Origin: Tolypothrix carrinoi HA7290-LM1
GTDB taxonomy: Bacteria > Cyanobacteriota > Cyanobacteriia > Cyanobacteriales > Nostocaceae
DNA: 64,000 nucleotides
Direction: 5' to 3'
NCBI GenBank assembly: GCA_019358935.1
Contig: JAHHIK010000017.1
Span: forward strand, 1-64,000
The notes under the pieces were generated by a model, which did no database searches, was not told where the DNA came from, and saw nothing but the letters and a program-made list of their open reading frames with translations. Shown here one piece after another: positions 55,206 to 64,000 of this stretch. How positions within the stretch are numbered: position 1 is the first letter of the stretch; every line of letters begins with the position of its first letter. Made by a program: the position numbers and the translations under genes.

Positions 55206-56003
55206 TTAGCCCAAATTGAGAGACTTTTGGTTTTTGCGTTTGCGGAGGAACATACCACCACCTATAGCCAGCATACCTAAAGCAAGGCTAGGCTCAGGTA
55301 CTGTGCGGAAGGAGTGGTTATCGCTTTCAAATCCACCACCGTATTTTGCTTCTTGAGAAATCACGATTTTGTTGAAGTATTCATTTGAGTTCTCTGCAAA
55401 GAACTCAACGTAGCCATTGCCTTGATAGTACGTTTTGCTTCCGGGTGCTGACTGCATAGAACTATCACCTGCCTTGGGTCCCGGATGCTGTGCAGAGTAG
55501 AGAGCAAACTTACCGATGTCCGCAGTTATAAAGGTTTTGATTAAGGTGTTTCCATTGAAGAAAGAGAGAGTATTACCAGGGTGAGCAGCACCCCAGTCTA
55601 AACCGAAAGATTTTGCCAAACTCTCTAGGGTAATTGTGACAGAGTTACCAGCCATAACTTGCAGATACTTGGAAGTGTTTTTCTCACCATCTGGATCAGT
55701 TGGTGCCCAAGTGTTGCTTGTAACTTGCTTCTGACCATTTGCACTACTAAATGAGTACTGAGCAAATCCAGTGGTTGGTGCTGTACCTTGGACTGTTTTA
55801 CCTTTTGCGTCTACTGTATTGTTGAAGTCAATCGTGATTGCGTTTTTGTCTTTGGTATACGCACCTTGATTGGTTTCTCCGTTAGGACCTGTAGTACCTG
55901 TGCTCATGGTAAAGGTCATAGCGTGAGCAGCATCAGCGTAGGAGAAGGAAGCGATCGCTCCTAAAGATAAAGCAGCAATTGAAGCAAATTTCCTGATAAA
56001 CAT
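55206..56003 (-). CDS. PEP-CTERM exosortase-dependent surface protein (Npun_F0296-like)
   Basis: Signal peptide, GGFESDNH, VPEP-TM-RKRK tail. Confidence 0.88.
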   Translation of the reverse strand: MFIRKFASIAALSLGAIASFSYADAAHAMTFTMSTGTTGPNGETNQGAYTKDKNAITIDFNNTVDAKGKTVQGTAPTTGFAQYSFSSANGQKQVTSNTWAPTDPDGEKNTSKYLQVMAGNSVTITLESLAKSFGLDWGAAHPGNTLSFFNGNTLIKTFITADIGKFALYSAQHPGPKAGDSSMQSAPGSKTYYQGNGYVEFFAENSNEYFNKIVISQEAKYGGGFESDNHSFRTVPEPSLALGMLAIGGGMFLRKRKNQKSLNLG

Positions 56004-56571
56004 GATTGTAAGCTCGTGTCGTTTTCCGTGTCTTGAGCCAATTATGTGACTTATTAGTTACAAAAAAACAGGATGTATTTACTGAAATAAGATTTTTCCT
56101 TGAGCAGACAGATTTTGTAACTTATTTAACCAAAATATAAAAAAAAATCAGTGATTTTACTTTCACAAACGTGAAGATAAACAAGTTAAAGGTACTAATA
56201 TTTGTGAAGAAACAGATATTAATAAAGAAGTTGTGTACTTGTCCAGTGTTATTTTTAAGGAGCGATGAAGTAGAGAGAATGTTTTCTCTGTATTGGGAGT
56301 CTCTAAAAAATGTAACGAGGGTAAATAAGGCGATCGCTCCCGCACCTGCCGTACTCGGCATCGCTTTTTGACAATGACACGAGCCGTAAATAACAGTTCG
56401 ATGATTTCCCGCATTAGGGCATATTAGACTTCTTGCATAAATCAAAAAGAAGAACCCCACCCCGCCTTTAACTTACGTCAAAGTCTCCCCTCCCCGCCTG
56501 CGGCCCGGGGTTGGGGTTTTGGGGAATGAGTGCAATCTTGTCTATTGTATTGGTAATCAACAAATAAAAAT

Positions 56572-56593
56572 AGGCAGACATATGAGTCTGCCT
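56572..56593 (-). terminator. Terminator hairpin (duplicate of 55074-55102)
   Basis: AGGCAGAC-loop-GTCTGCCT preceded by an A-run. Confidence 0.65.
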
Positions 56594-56679
56594 TTGATGT
56601 TACTATTTGATTATTTATTGTATGTAAAAATACGGTAGAGGAAACAAACGCACCTCTACAAAGTTGTAATTAACCGAGT

Positions 56680-57447
56680 TTATCCCAAGTTGAGAGACTT
56701 CTGATTTTTGCGCTTGCGGAGGAAGACACCGCCAACAGCTAGTAATCCTAAAGCTACACTTGGCTCAGGTACTTTAGCAGAGTACTTGCCTGAACCAGTA
56801 CGGAATGTGTGGTTGTCAGATTCAAAGCCACCGCCAGCGGTCTGAGAAATCACAATTTTATCAAAGTTATCATTCATACCTTCGGAGAAAAACTCGAAGA
56901 CACCATTCATTTGACCACCATGCTGCGAGGCTGAAACAGGTGCGAGCGCGTTCATCATATCATAAGTCAATTCTTTAACGAGGTTTCCTCCCTTGAGGAA
57001 TTGTAAAGTATTACCTACGCTCAAAGCGCCTGCATCAAAAGCAAAGTAGTTGAAAACCTGATTTTTGGCGTTTTCGATGATGACACTGTTACCCTGGAAA
57101 ACTGCTAAATAATTTGATGTGTTTACTTCTGCCTTGGCGCCAGAAGGTGCCCACATATCTGAGTAAATACCAGTTTGCCCAGAATAAGCCGTAGTAGAGT
57201 AACTACCCTTAGAAAAAGAGTATTTTACATTATTGTTGCCCGGTACTTTACCATTGTTGAAATCATATGTTGTATAATCTTTGTCGTTTACTTCCTTAGC
57301 AAAAGCACCTTCATTTGTAACTGCACTATCACGGTAAGCACCAGCACTGTAGCTAAATCCGAGAGCGTGAGCCGAGCCAGCATAGGAGAAGGAAGCGATC
57401 GCAGTTAGAGATAAAGCAGCAATTGAAGCAAATTTTTTGATAAACAT
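56680..57447 (-). CDS. PEP-CTERM exosortase-dependent surface protein (paralog)
   Basis: Signal peptide, GGFESDNH, VPEP-TM-RKRK tail. Confidence 0.88.
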   Translation of the reverse strand: MFIKKFASIAALSLTAIASFSYAGSAHALGFSYSAGAYRDSAVTNEGAFAKEVNDKDYTTYDFNNGKVPGNNNVKYSFSKGSYSTTAYSGQTGIYSDMWAPSGAKAEVNTSNYLAVFQGNSVIIENAKNQVFNYFAFDAGALSVGNTLQFLKGGNLVKELTYDMMNALAPVSASQHGGQMNGVFEFFSEGMNDNFDKIVISQTAGGGFESDNHTFRTGSGKYSAKVPEPSVALGLLAVGGVFLRKRKNQKSLNLG

Positions 57448-57735
57448 GATGTTTGGCTCCTGTCGTTTTCCGTGTCTTGAGCCAATTATGTGATTTACTA
57501 GCTACAAACTAACAGGATGCATTCACTGAATTTAGATTTATCCTTGAATGGAGAAATTTTGTAATTACTTTAACCAGTTAAAAAATCCAAAGCAGTAGTT
57601 TTACTTGCAAATACATAAAGAAAAACAAGGTAAACGAACTAATATTTGTGAAGAAACTAATTATTGATAAAGAAATTGTGTGTCTGTCCTTCGTCGTTTT
57701 TAAGAAGTGGTGAAGCTAGGGTTTCACAAAAACTA

Positions 57736-57820
57736 GACACTCATTGAGACGGTTCCTTCATCTAAGGGTATCGTGGGGTGTTGCGGATCTATAAAACAAG
57801 GAACCGTCTCAATCAGTGTC
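57736..57820. repeat. 85-bp element with 23-bp inverted repeats
   Basis: GACACTCATTGAGACGGTTCCTT / AAGGAACCGTCTCAATCAGTGTC (22/23 match). Confidence 0.75.
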
Positions 57821-57893
57821 CGGGTTCAGTCCAGGGGGAATTTGTTTGCGTGCAACTCCCGGCAGGTGGGGCAAATCTGCCAGAGACTTGAGA

Positions 57894-58535
57894 TTAAAGC
57901 ATAATCAAACCCAGTCGGACACCAACAGTTACTGCCTCAGTGCGAGACGAAACCCCTAGCTTCCCAAATATGGATGAGACATGAAACTTGACGGTGTGAT
58001 CGGAGATATGCAAACGCTTGGCGATCGCTTTATTCCCTAACCCAGAACCAAGCATTTCTAAAACCTCTATCTCTCTTGGTGTCAATGTTTGCATGGGTGT
58101 AAGCGTCACTTTTTCTCGCATCGACTCTTTGAGAGGAAGCAACTCAACCGCATCCGGGTGTAAGACAATTAGACCAAAAGCGATCGCCTCGACAGCGGCG
58201 ATAATCTCTGACTCGGTGCTGGTATCTGGTAAAATGCCCCGTACACCAGAACGCAGCGCTACTTCTAAGTTGATGCTGTCAAGTTCGTCAGCAATAATCA
58301 TAATTGGTGATGAGTATTGCTTTTCTTGCATCGAAAGCAATTTTTCCCATACTGATTGTTGAAAATTGCCGCTCAAATCTAACAGCACCACCTGTGGTTG
58401 TAATTGCACTTCCCCCAAAAGTGCATCTAAGTCAGATACACTACCTACTACTGTCAGTTGAGGATTGCTTGTCAGCATAGCTGACAAACCTGCCCGCACC
58501 ACGGGGGAAGCTGCAACTACCATCACCCGAATCAT
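57894..58535 (-). CDS. NarL/LuxR-family regulator with atypical receiver
   Basis: LTPREIEVL..GLGNKAIA..ISDHTVKFHV; receiver lacks the acidic pair and the conserved Lys. Confidence 0.88.
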   Translation of the reverse strand: MIRVMVVAASPVVRAGLSAMLTSNPQLTVVGSVSDLDALLGEVQLQPQVVLLDLSGNFQQSVWEKLLSMQEKQYSSPIMIIADELDSINLEVALRSGVRGILPDTSTESEIIAAVEAIAFGLIVLHPDAVELLPLKESMREKVTLTPMQTLTPREIEVLEMLGSGLGNKAIAKRLHISDHTVKFHVSSIFGKLGVSSRTEAVTVGVRLGLIML

Positions 58536-59356
58536 GTCACCTCCACAGCAGTTTTCCCATCTTGGAACACAGCATAAAAAATGTATTGTTGCCCACCACG
58601 CAGAACTTGTAATGGTAGTGATTCGCTATCGCTTTGATTGAGATAGTTGCTTAAATCATTCGGTTGAGAGAGCGATCGCCCCGACACCCCAATCAGCACA
58701 TCACCAACTTGCAAACCAGCTGCTTCAGCAACACTTTGAGAATGCACTGATAAAATTAATAAGCCCAAGCTGCGTTTTACCAGTACAGGTTGTAAAGTCA
58801 CCCCCAGCTTTCGCCGATTTCCATTCAGAAAAAGCTTTACAGTTGAGCTTGATATTGCCACAGCCAAATTATTGGCAATCATGGTATTAATTCCGACAAC
58901 GCGACCGAGACAATCGGCAAGCGGACCGCCGGAATTACCAGGATACAGTTGAATATCTGCCATTACCAAACGCCGATCGTTTGTGTGGATAATCCCGGTT
59001 GTGACTGCACCACTGTCACCAAATGGATTACCCACAGAAGAGACTAATTCACCTACTCGTAGCGCATCTGCATCGCCGATGGTTGCGGTATTTAAGTCAG
59101 TGGCGGCAATTTTCAAAGCTGCTAAATCTTGCTGTGGGTCAAAGTGTGTCCGTACTGCATCAAATGTGCGTCCATCTGACAATTCGACAGTTGTCTTGTT
59201 GCTGGTGGCGACATGGGCGTTAGTGATGATTAAACCGTCTCTTTGCCAGATTACGCCGGAACCGCTTCCTAAAGAACCGCTACGCACTTTGACGGTAATA
59301 TTACGTAGTTTAGCAGCTAGGAGTGCTAATTCATCAGTTATTGCTGTGATAGTCAT
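58532..59356 (-). CDS. S1C trypsin-like serine protease with PDZ, triad intact
   Basis: TNAHV, DLAAL, PGNSGGP; likely start MTITAI at 59356; no signal peptide. Confidence 0.88.
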   Translation of the reverse strand: MTITAITDELALLAAKLRNITVKVRSGSLGSGSGVIWQRDGLIITNAHVATSNKTTVELSDGRTFDAVRTHFDPQQDLAALKIAATDLNTATIGDADALRVGELVSSVGNPFGDSGAVTTGIIHTNDRRLVMADIQLYPGNSGGPLADCLGRVVGINTMIANNLAVAISSSTVKLFLNGNRRKLGVTLQPVLVKRSLGLLILSVHSQSVAEAAGLQVGDVLIGVSGRSLSQPNDLSNYLNQSDSESLPLQVLRGGQQYIFYAVFQDGKTAVEVT

Positions 59357-59390
59357 ATTGGGGAAATTGTGATTTTTGAAGTGGGAATTG

Positions 59391-60296
59391 TTACTGAATT
59401 GGTTTTTCGCCGATCGCGATCGCTTTGTCCAGCAAAACTCCACCGCGTACAATTTGCACAGAAACAGTTTTACCAACGCGATCGCTATTATTCAGCAACG
59501 CCAGCACATCACCGGTATCGCTGACAGAATTACCATCGAAGGCTACCAACACATCCCCAAGCAACACACCCGCTTTGTCAGCAGGTCCGTTTGTCTCAAC
59601 ATTGACGACAATCACCCCACCAGCAGAAGTTAAATTTAAGGCGCTTTTCAAGTTTGCAGGCAAACGTACAGGTTGCATTCCCAAACCCAAATAGCCCCGT
59701 GGAATGCGTCCTTTGGCAATTAATTGGTCAACCACGCGATTGACTGTAGAAGCGGGGATAGTCAAAGCAGTACCGCGCCGTCCGGAAGTATTCATTCCTA
59801 CCACCAAACCAGCAGCATCTACGAGGGGTCCACCTGCAAAGCCAGGGTAAAAAGTGATGTCTGGACGGATGAACGAGTCAATATTACCACCGCTCATGCT
59901 TCGCCAAGCACCACTAACAACACTCACTGCACCCATAGCCGCTTTTAAGTCACCCTCGCTACTTCTTGCTAACCCAAGTACTAAATGACCAACTTTGAGC
60001 GTGGTAGCGTCGCCAATTTTCGCCACTGGGATTTCTTTGTTTTGTAGCTGCAAGACAGCTACATCGGTGCTGGAGTCATGACCTAAGACTTTAGCTGCAA
60101 CTGTACGATTATCTGTAGTCGTGACAGTAATTTCTTCATAGCGTTGCAGCGACTCGTCAGAGGTAACAATGATACCATCTCGCCAGTGAATACCGCTAGG
60201 AAAAATGCGTCCGCCAGCGTTCACAGCAACAACAGCACTCCCAACCTGCTCTACAATATCGGCTAAATTGTTAGACAGAGCCAGTAATGAAGACAT
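59391..60296 (-). CDS. S1C trypsin-like protein with PDZ, catalytic His and Ser absent
   Basis: VTSDES replaces TNAHV and PGFAGGP replaces PGNSGGP; RGYLG PDZ. Confidence 0.85.
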   Translation of the reverse strand: MSSLLALSNNLADIVEQVGSAVVAVNAGGRIFPSGIHWRDGIIVTSDESLQRYEEITVTTTDNRTVAAKVLGHDSSTDVAVLQLQNKEIPVAKIGDATTLKVGHLVLGLARSSEGDLKAAMGAVSVVSGAWRSMSGGNIDSFIRPDITFYPGFAGGPLVDAAGLVVGMNTSGRRGTALTIPASTVNRVVDQLIAKGRIPRGYLGLGMQPVRLPANLKSALNLTSAGGVIVVNVETNGPADKAGVLLGDVLVAFDGNSVSDTGDVLALLNNSDRVGKTVSVQIVRGGVLLDKAIAIGEKPIQ

Positions 60297-60396
60297 AAAA
60301 TTTCTCCTTTAAACGTTCCTGATGTTCATATCTTGCCGTTTTGCTTTCACAGGTTACATCGGAAAAATGGGGAGAATGCATCCTAGAAAAATGGCT

Positions 60397-60848
60397 AGGG
60401 AATGGGGAATGGGGAATGGGGAATGGGTAATGGGGCATGGGGCATGGGGGAGCCAGTGCGTTGGGGAGGCAGTGCGTTGCGGAGGTTCCCTCCGTTGAAG
60501 CACCTGCCGTCGGCTCCGCCGACTTGAAGCATAGCCGCGTCATGGAAAGAATCTCTTATTCCCAATGCCCACGTTCCCAATGCCCACGTTCCCAATTCCC
60601 AATGACGGCAGGTGCTACAACGCTCGTGACCTCACGAGCGGGTTCGCCACTACGAATAGACCCTACAGGCAACCGCGCTGCCTTGACTCACCGCAACGCA
60701 CTGCCGATGGCGGACACACTGCTCAAGTCGGGAAACCCTTCCTGTGCAGGTGTCCTCCCCAATGCCCAATGCCCAATTCCCAATGCCCACGTTCCCAATT
60801 ACCAATTACCAATTACCAATTACCAATTACCTTTTTCCCCATTACCCC
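60397..60848. repeat. Composite STRR palindrome with nested small dispersed repeats
   Basis: GGGGAAT arms, CATGGAAAGAATC core, GCAGTGCGTTGCGG/CCGCAACGCACTGC inner arms. Confidence 0.85.
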
Positions 60849-61365
60849 TAAATATTTCTAATGCTTTGGTTTCAAATTCTGTAATTACCGCAGGTTCGTT
60901 TTCATACCAAATACGTATTTCTTTCAATGCTTCCTCAGTATTATCTGAAGAATGAATTAAGTTATCTACTAAAAAAGTAGCTTTTTTCAGCGCCAGCCTT
61001 CTCAGATGATGTTTTTTTGTTTTGCAAAGGTTAGCTGAACCAATTACTTGTGTTTTCAGAAATTCTCCAAAAGAACTGTAGTTGCTATTATTCGCAATCT
61101 CATATTTATCTGTATAATATTCTAGTATAAATATTTGCACTGCTTTTTGGGACAAGTAATTGATGATAAATGGATACCAAAGTGAATATTGAGAAGATTT
61201 GTAATGTTTTGATATTTTTTCTTTATCTACAATAATAGAATATCTTATATGTTTAATATCGCCATATTTTGATAGTTTATTTTTAATGAAATTACTTAAC
61301 TCTATATCATTAGCAGCGGCTGGTTTTAACATTATGAAAACAAATGCATTCAGTTGTTGTGACAT
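60820..61365 (-). CDS. Divergent nucleoside-diphosphate-kinase-like protein
   Basis: FIMLKP and NLIHSSDN..EA..EI..WY; AT-rich. Confidence 0.65.
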   Translation of the reverse strand: MSQQLNAFVFIMLKPAAANDIELSNFIKNKLSKYGDIKHIRYSIIVDKEKISKHYKSSQYSLWYPFIINYLSQKAVQIFILEYYTDKYEIANNSNYSSFGEFLKTQVIGSANLCKTKKHHLRRLALKKATFLVDNLIHSSDNTEEALKEIRIWYENEPAVITEFETKALEIFRGNGEKGNW

Positions 61366-61465
61366 AGCGTTAACTCTAAAAACAGCAAGCAAATTACTTA
61401 TTTGTTCAGTTTGACATGATTTAACTTTGGATTGCTACAAACAACTGTTGATAATAATTTGTAAT

Positions 61466-61834
61466 ATGGATGCGGATGAACTGAAGCGGCGTTATGTCGC
61501 AGGGGAAAGAGACTTTACGGGAGCGGATTTAAGCGGAGTTAAGCTGATTAAAGCCAATTTACCCGGAGTCAATTTATGGGCTGCAAACTTGAGTGCAGCT
61601 AACTTAGCTAAAGCAAAATTATGGGGAGCGAACTTTGAGGGAGCTAACTTAGCCAGAGCCAACTTGACTGGAGCTAACCTCAGCGGAGCGAATTTAAGTC
61701 AAGCTAATCTGCGGGGAGCCAAACTAAATAATGTCAAGCTGTATGGAGCTAATTTCACTGGTGCTTTCTATGATGAAAGTACCCGATTTGCTAGGGGTTT
61801 TGACCCTATCAGTCAAAATATGCGCTTAATTTGA
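61466..61834 (+). CDS. Pentapeptide repeat protein
   Basis: MDADEL..RY.AGERDF followed by A(N/D)LxG repeats. Confidence 0.9.
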   Translation: MDADELKRRYVAGERDFTGADLSGVKLIKANLPGVNLWAANLSAANLAKAKLWGANFEGANLARANLTGANLSGANLSQANLRGAKLNNVKLYGANFTGAFYDESTRFARGFDPISQNMRLI

Positions 61835-61981
61835 TTTTGTTTAACTGAGCATATCTCGATTGTGGAGTTTTTAGCAAGACGACTTAAATTTGCATTAATT
61901 CTTCGGGATTCACTGTTAATTACTTTTAATAGTGTAATATGATATTTGATAATTGACTACTAAACGTTAGGTAGGTTTTGG

Positions 61982-62581
61982 TTGCCAGACAATTCTCTCT
62001 CGCCAAAAGAAGTCTCTTCTAGTGGACGATCGCGCGTTCTTGATGAGGCTGAACAGCTATTTCGCAAGCGCGGCTACAATGCTGTGACAATGCGGGATAT
62101 AGCTGTTGAGGTGGGAATTCGTCAGGCATCGTTATACTATCATTTCAAGAGCAAGGAGCAACTTTTTGTGGCAGTTACCGAGCGTGTATTTGAGCGTCAC
62201 CGCACCGGTTTACAGCAAGCGATAAATTATGCAGAAACCAACTTGCGATCGCAACTTCAAGCTGCTGCTGAGTGGTTTCTCTCTCAACCTCCTGTCCATT
62301 TTTTGAGCATGGCACATACAGATATGCCTTTATTAGGTGAAGAAAATATGAAATTGCTGTCGATTTGCTATGCCCAGTCTATTTTTGAGCCGCTGGGACA
62401 GATTTTTGCCCAAGCGCAAGAGCGAAAAGAAATTCGCAATACTCGTACTCAACTACTAGCTGGGTTCTTTTTGTCTGTTATGGAAAGCATTCCCTATGTG
62501 ACTACTCAACCGGGTACTGCACCCACAGAAGTTATCGTAAATGAAATGATTTCCGTTTTGTTGGATGGACTCAAGTTGTAA
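61982..62581 (+). CDS. TetR/AcrR regulator
   Basis: GYNAVTMRDIA..VG....SLYYHFKSKE. Confidence 0.92.
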   Translation: MPDNSLSPKEVSSSGRSRVLDEAEQLFRKRGYNAVTMRDIAVEVGIRQASLYYHFKSKEQLFVAVTERVFERHRTGLQQAINYAETNLRSQLQAAAEWFLSQPPVHFLSMAHTDMPLLGEENMKLLSICYAQSIFEPLGQIFAQAQERKEIRNTRTQLLAGFFLSVMESIPYVTTQPGTAPTEVIVNEMISVLLDGLKL

Positions 62582-62643
62582 ATAAAAACAGATTAAGGGA
62601 TAAATTATACCACTGATAACCAAAATAATTTTTTTTGCCTATT

Positions 62644-62663
62644 TACCTATCTAATGATAGGTA
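62644..62663. promoter_or_regulatory. Palindromic operator, probably for the adjacent TetR
   Basis: TACCTATC-TAAT-GATAGGTA; a related TAGGTAG site lies at 61957-61974 just before tetR. Confidence 0.55.
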
Positions 62664-62855
62664 GTTAAATTAATCCGAGGGAAATTTTGGAACTATAGCG
62701 ATCGCCTTGACCGTCTACGTATAAACTATCTCAAAGTTTGCCGCGTTGTTATACCAGTTGTGTGGGTAATATTTGCGATTGCAATCGACAGATAATTATG
62801 GTTTTAATCAAATTACTGCTTAAACTTGTAGTGTTTTATATAGGAGTCAATAAAG

Positions 62856-63314
62856 ATGCAACGTACTTTCAAAAGCCTTTTACTTTTAACCGCTGTTATA
62901 AACTTGACAGCTTTACAAGAAGCAAAAGCAGTGTCAAACAGTAGCCTTACCGTCACGATTAACGGGTTGAAAAGCCAGCGCGGGCAAGTTTGCCTGAGTT
63001 TGTTTTCGGGTGGACGAGGATTTCCTGGCAGTAGCGATCGCGCTGTGGCTGCCCGTTGTGTCAAAGTAGAAAACACACTGCTGACAGTTAAATTTGACAA
63101 CTTAAAAGCCGGAAATTATGCGATCGCCGCTTTTCATGATGCCAACGGTGACGGTACTCTCAATCAAAATCCGTTGGGTATTCCCACAGAAGAGTTTGGC
63201 TTTTCTCAAAACCCGAAAATTCTCACAGGTGCGCCAAAGTTTGCCGATTCTGCGTTTCTAGTCGCAGGTCCTGAGACTAACATTCAAATTAAGTTGCTGA
63301 ACTTTTTCGGCTAA
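62856..63314 (+). CDS. DUF2141-type secreted protein
   Basis: Signal peptide, GFP, G.YAIA.FHD.N, GIPTE.FGFS.NP. Confidence 0.85.
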   Translation: MQRTFKSLLLLTAVINLTALQEAKAVSNSSLTVTINGLKSQRGQVCLSLFSGGRGFPGSSDRAVAARCVKVENTLLTVKFDNLKAGNYAIAAFHDANGDGTLNQNPLGIPTEEFGFSQNPKILTGAPKFADSAFLVAGPETNIQIKLLNFFG

Positions 63315-63544
63315 AGTAAAGGCTATAGCATTACTTTGTTGTTATTCTACAGTGAATGATAAGTAGGTCGGCGGAAAAATTTACAAGTATGTAACGAAAA
63401 TTTAACTACAATTAGAGTTAAATTGAAAACCTCGTATGATTTACTGAATTTACTTTTTGCAGCACGATCTCATCATTCTTCGTATAAATAGTAGTGGAGG
63501 TTATCGTATACTTAATGACATTGCTACAACTATGTCATTAGTTT

Positions 63545-64000
63545 ATGGACGAGCTAAACCTCCACCTGCAATCGTTCATTCAAGAGGCTTGCAGTCACAT
63601 ACCAGCCAGCCCACAGCGTCGTAAAGCCCTAAATTGTCTGCTCCGAGCCGTTCTGAAATCGGGGTGTCTTTGGACACCAGCAGCAGGGGATATTTATGAA
63701 GAGGCTCTATACAAAACCATGTTTAATTTAACCAAAACACTCTGCGATAAATACGATCCAAGTCGAGGTTCATTCTTGACTTGGTTTAACATTTGCCTTC
63801 GCAGTCAGTACATGGATGAAATTCGCGCTGCCAAACGCGATCGCTCTCATAAACAGTCTGTATGGCAAAGTGATGAGGTCGAACTCGATCCCTTAGATCG
63901 AGTTGCTTCTGGTATAGATGCTACTTTGCTGCTTAACACTTGGGAATCATTTGTCCAATGGATTAAAGACGATCCTGATAATCTTCTTAAAGCTTGCCAC
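63545..64000 (+). CDS. Cyanobacterial sigma-70-like factor (partial, runs off the window)
   Basis: Hand translation: MDELNLHLQSFIQEAC..PQRRKALN..IYEEAL..YDPSRGSFLTWFN..WIKDDPD; open to the window end and absent from the ORF track. Confidence 0.7.
   Translation, partial: MDELNLHLQSFIQEACSHIPASPQRRKALNCLLRAVLKSGCLWTPAAGDIYEEALYKTMFNLTKTLCDKYDPSRGSFLTWFNICLRSQYMDEIRAAKRDRSHKQSVWQSDEVELDPLDRVASGIDATLLLNTWESFVQWIKDDPDNLLKACH

Noticed and set aside
56122..56460. ORFs between the PEP-CTERM genes
   Set aside because: They overlap the duplicated promoter region and repeats, and no corresponding ORF is listed for the second copy.
60271..60955. Four overlapping ORFs
   Set aside because: Made up of STRR and small dispersed repeats, with no protein-like motif.

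Overview
Chromosomal window from a filamentous, most likely heterocyst-forming (Nostocales-type) cyanobacterium. This is inferred from very frequent HIP1 octamers (GCGATCGC), 7-nt STRR arrays, an RNase P RNA with STRR-like repeats in P12, and a psb32-like gene. The first ~36 kb is mostly core genes: gatD/murT, fabG, a MraY/WecA-like transferase, groEL2 with a perfect CIRCE, corA, rnpB, rnc, surE and galE. The left edge holds a defence/mobile patch with an McrB-like GTPase apparently cut by an IS66-type element, plus hicBA. The right ~27 kb is more accessory. It contains (i) an ArsR-SRPBCC-ClpP*-hydrolase operon whose ClpP lacks the catalytic Ser and His; (ii) a collapsed xanthine-dehydrogenase-family locus with intact mocA and xdhC; (iii) a second EF-G with a stop at codon 4; (iv) tandem PEP-CTERM surface proteins; and (v) an operon of a catalytically dead HtrA, an active HtrA and an atypical NarL/LuxR regulator. 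An ethylene-receptor-like histidine kinase and many repeat elements, some recruited into coding sequence, are also present. No CRISPR array, tRNA or rRNA was seen. All family assignments come from motif recognition by eye, not database searches.
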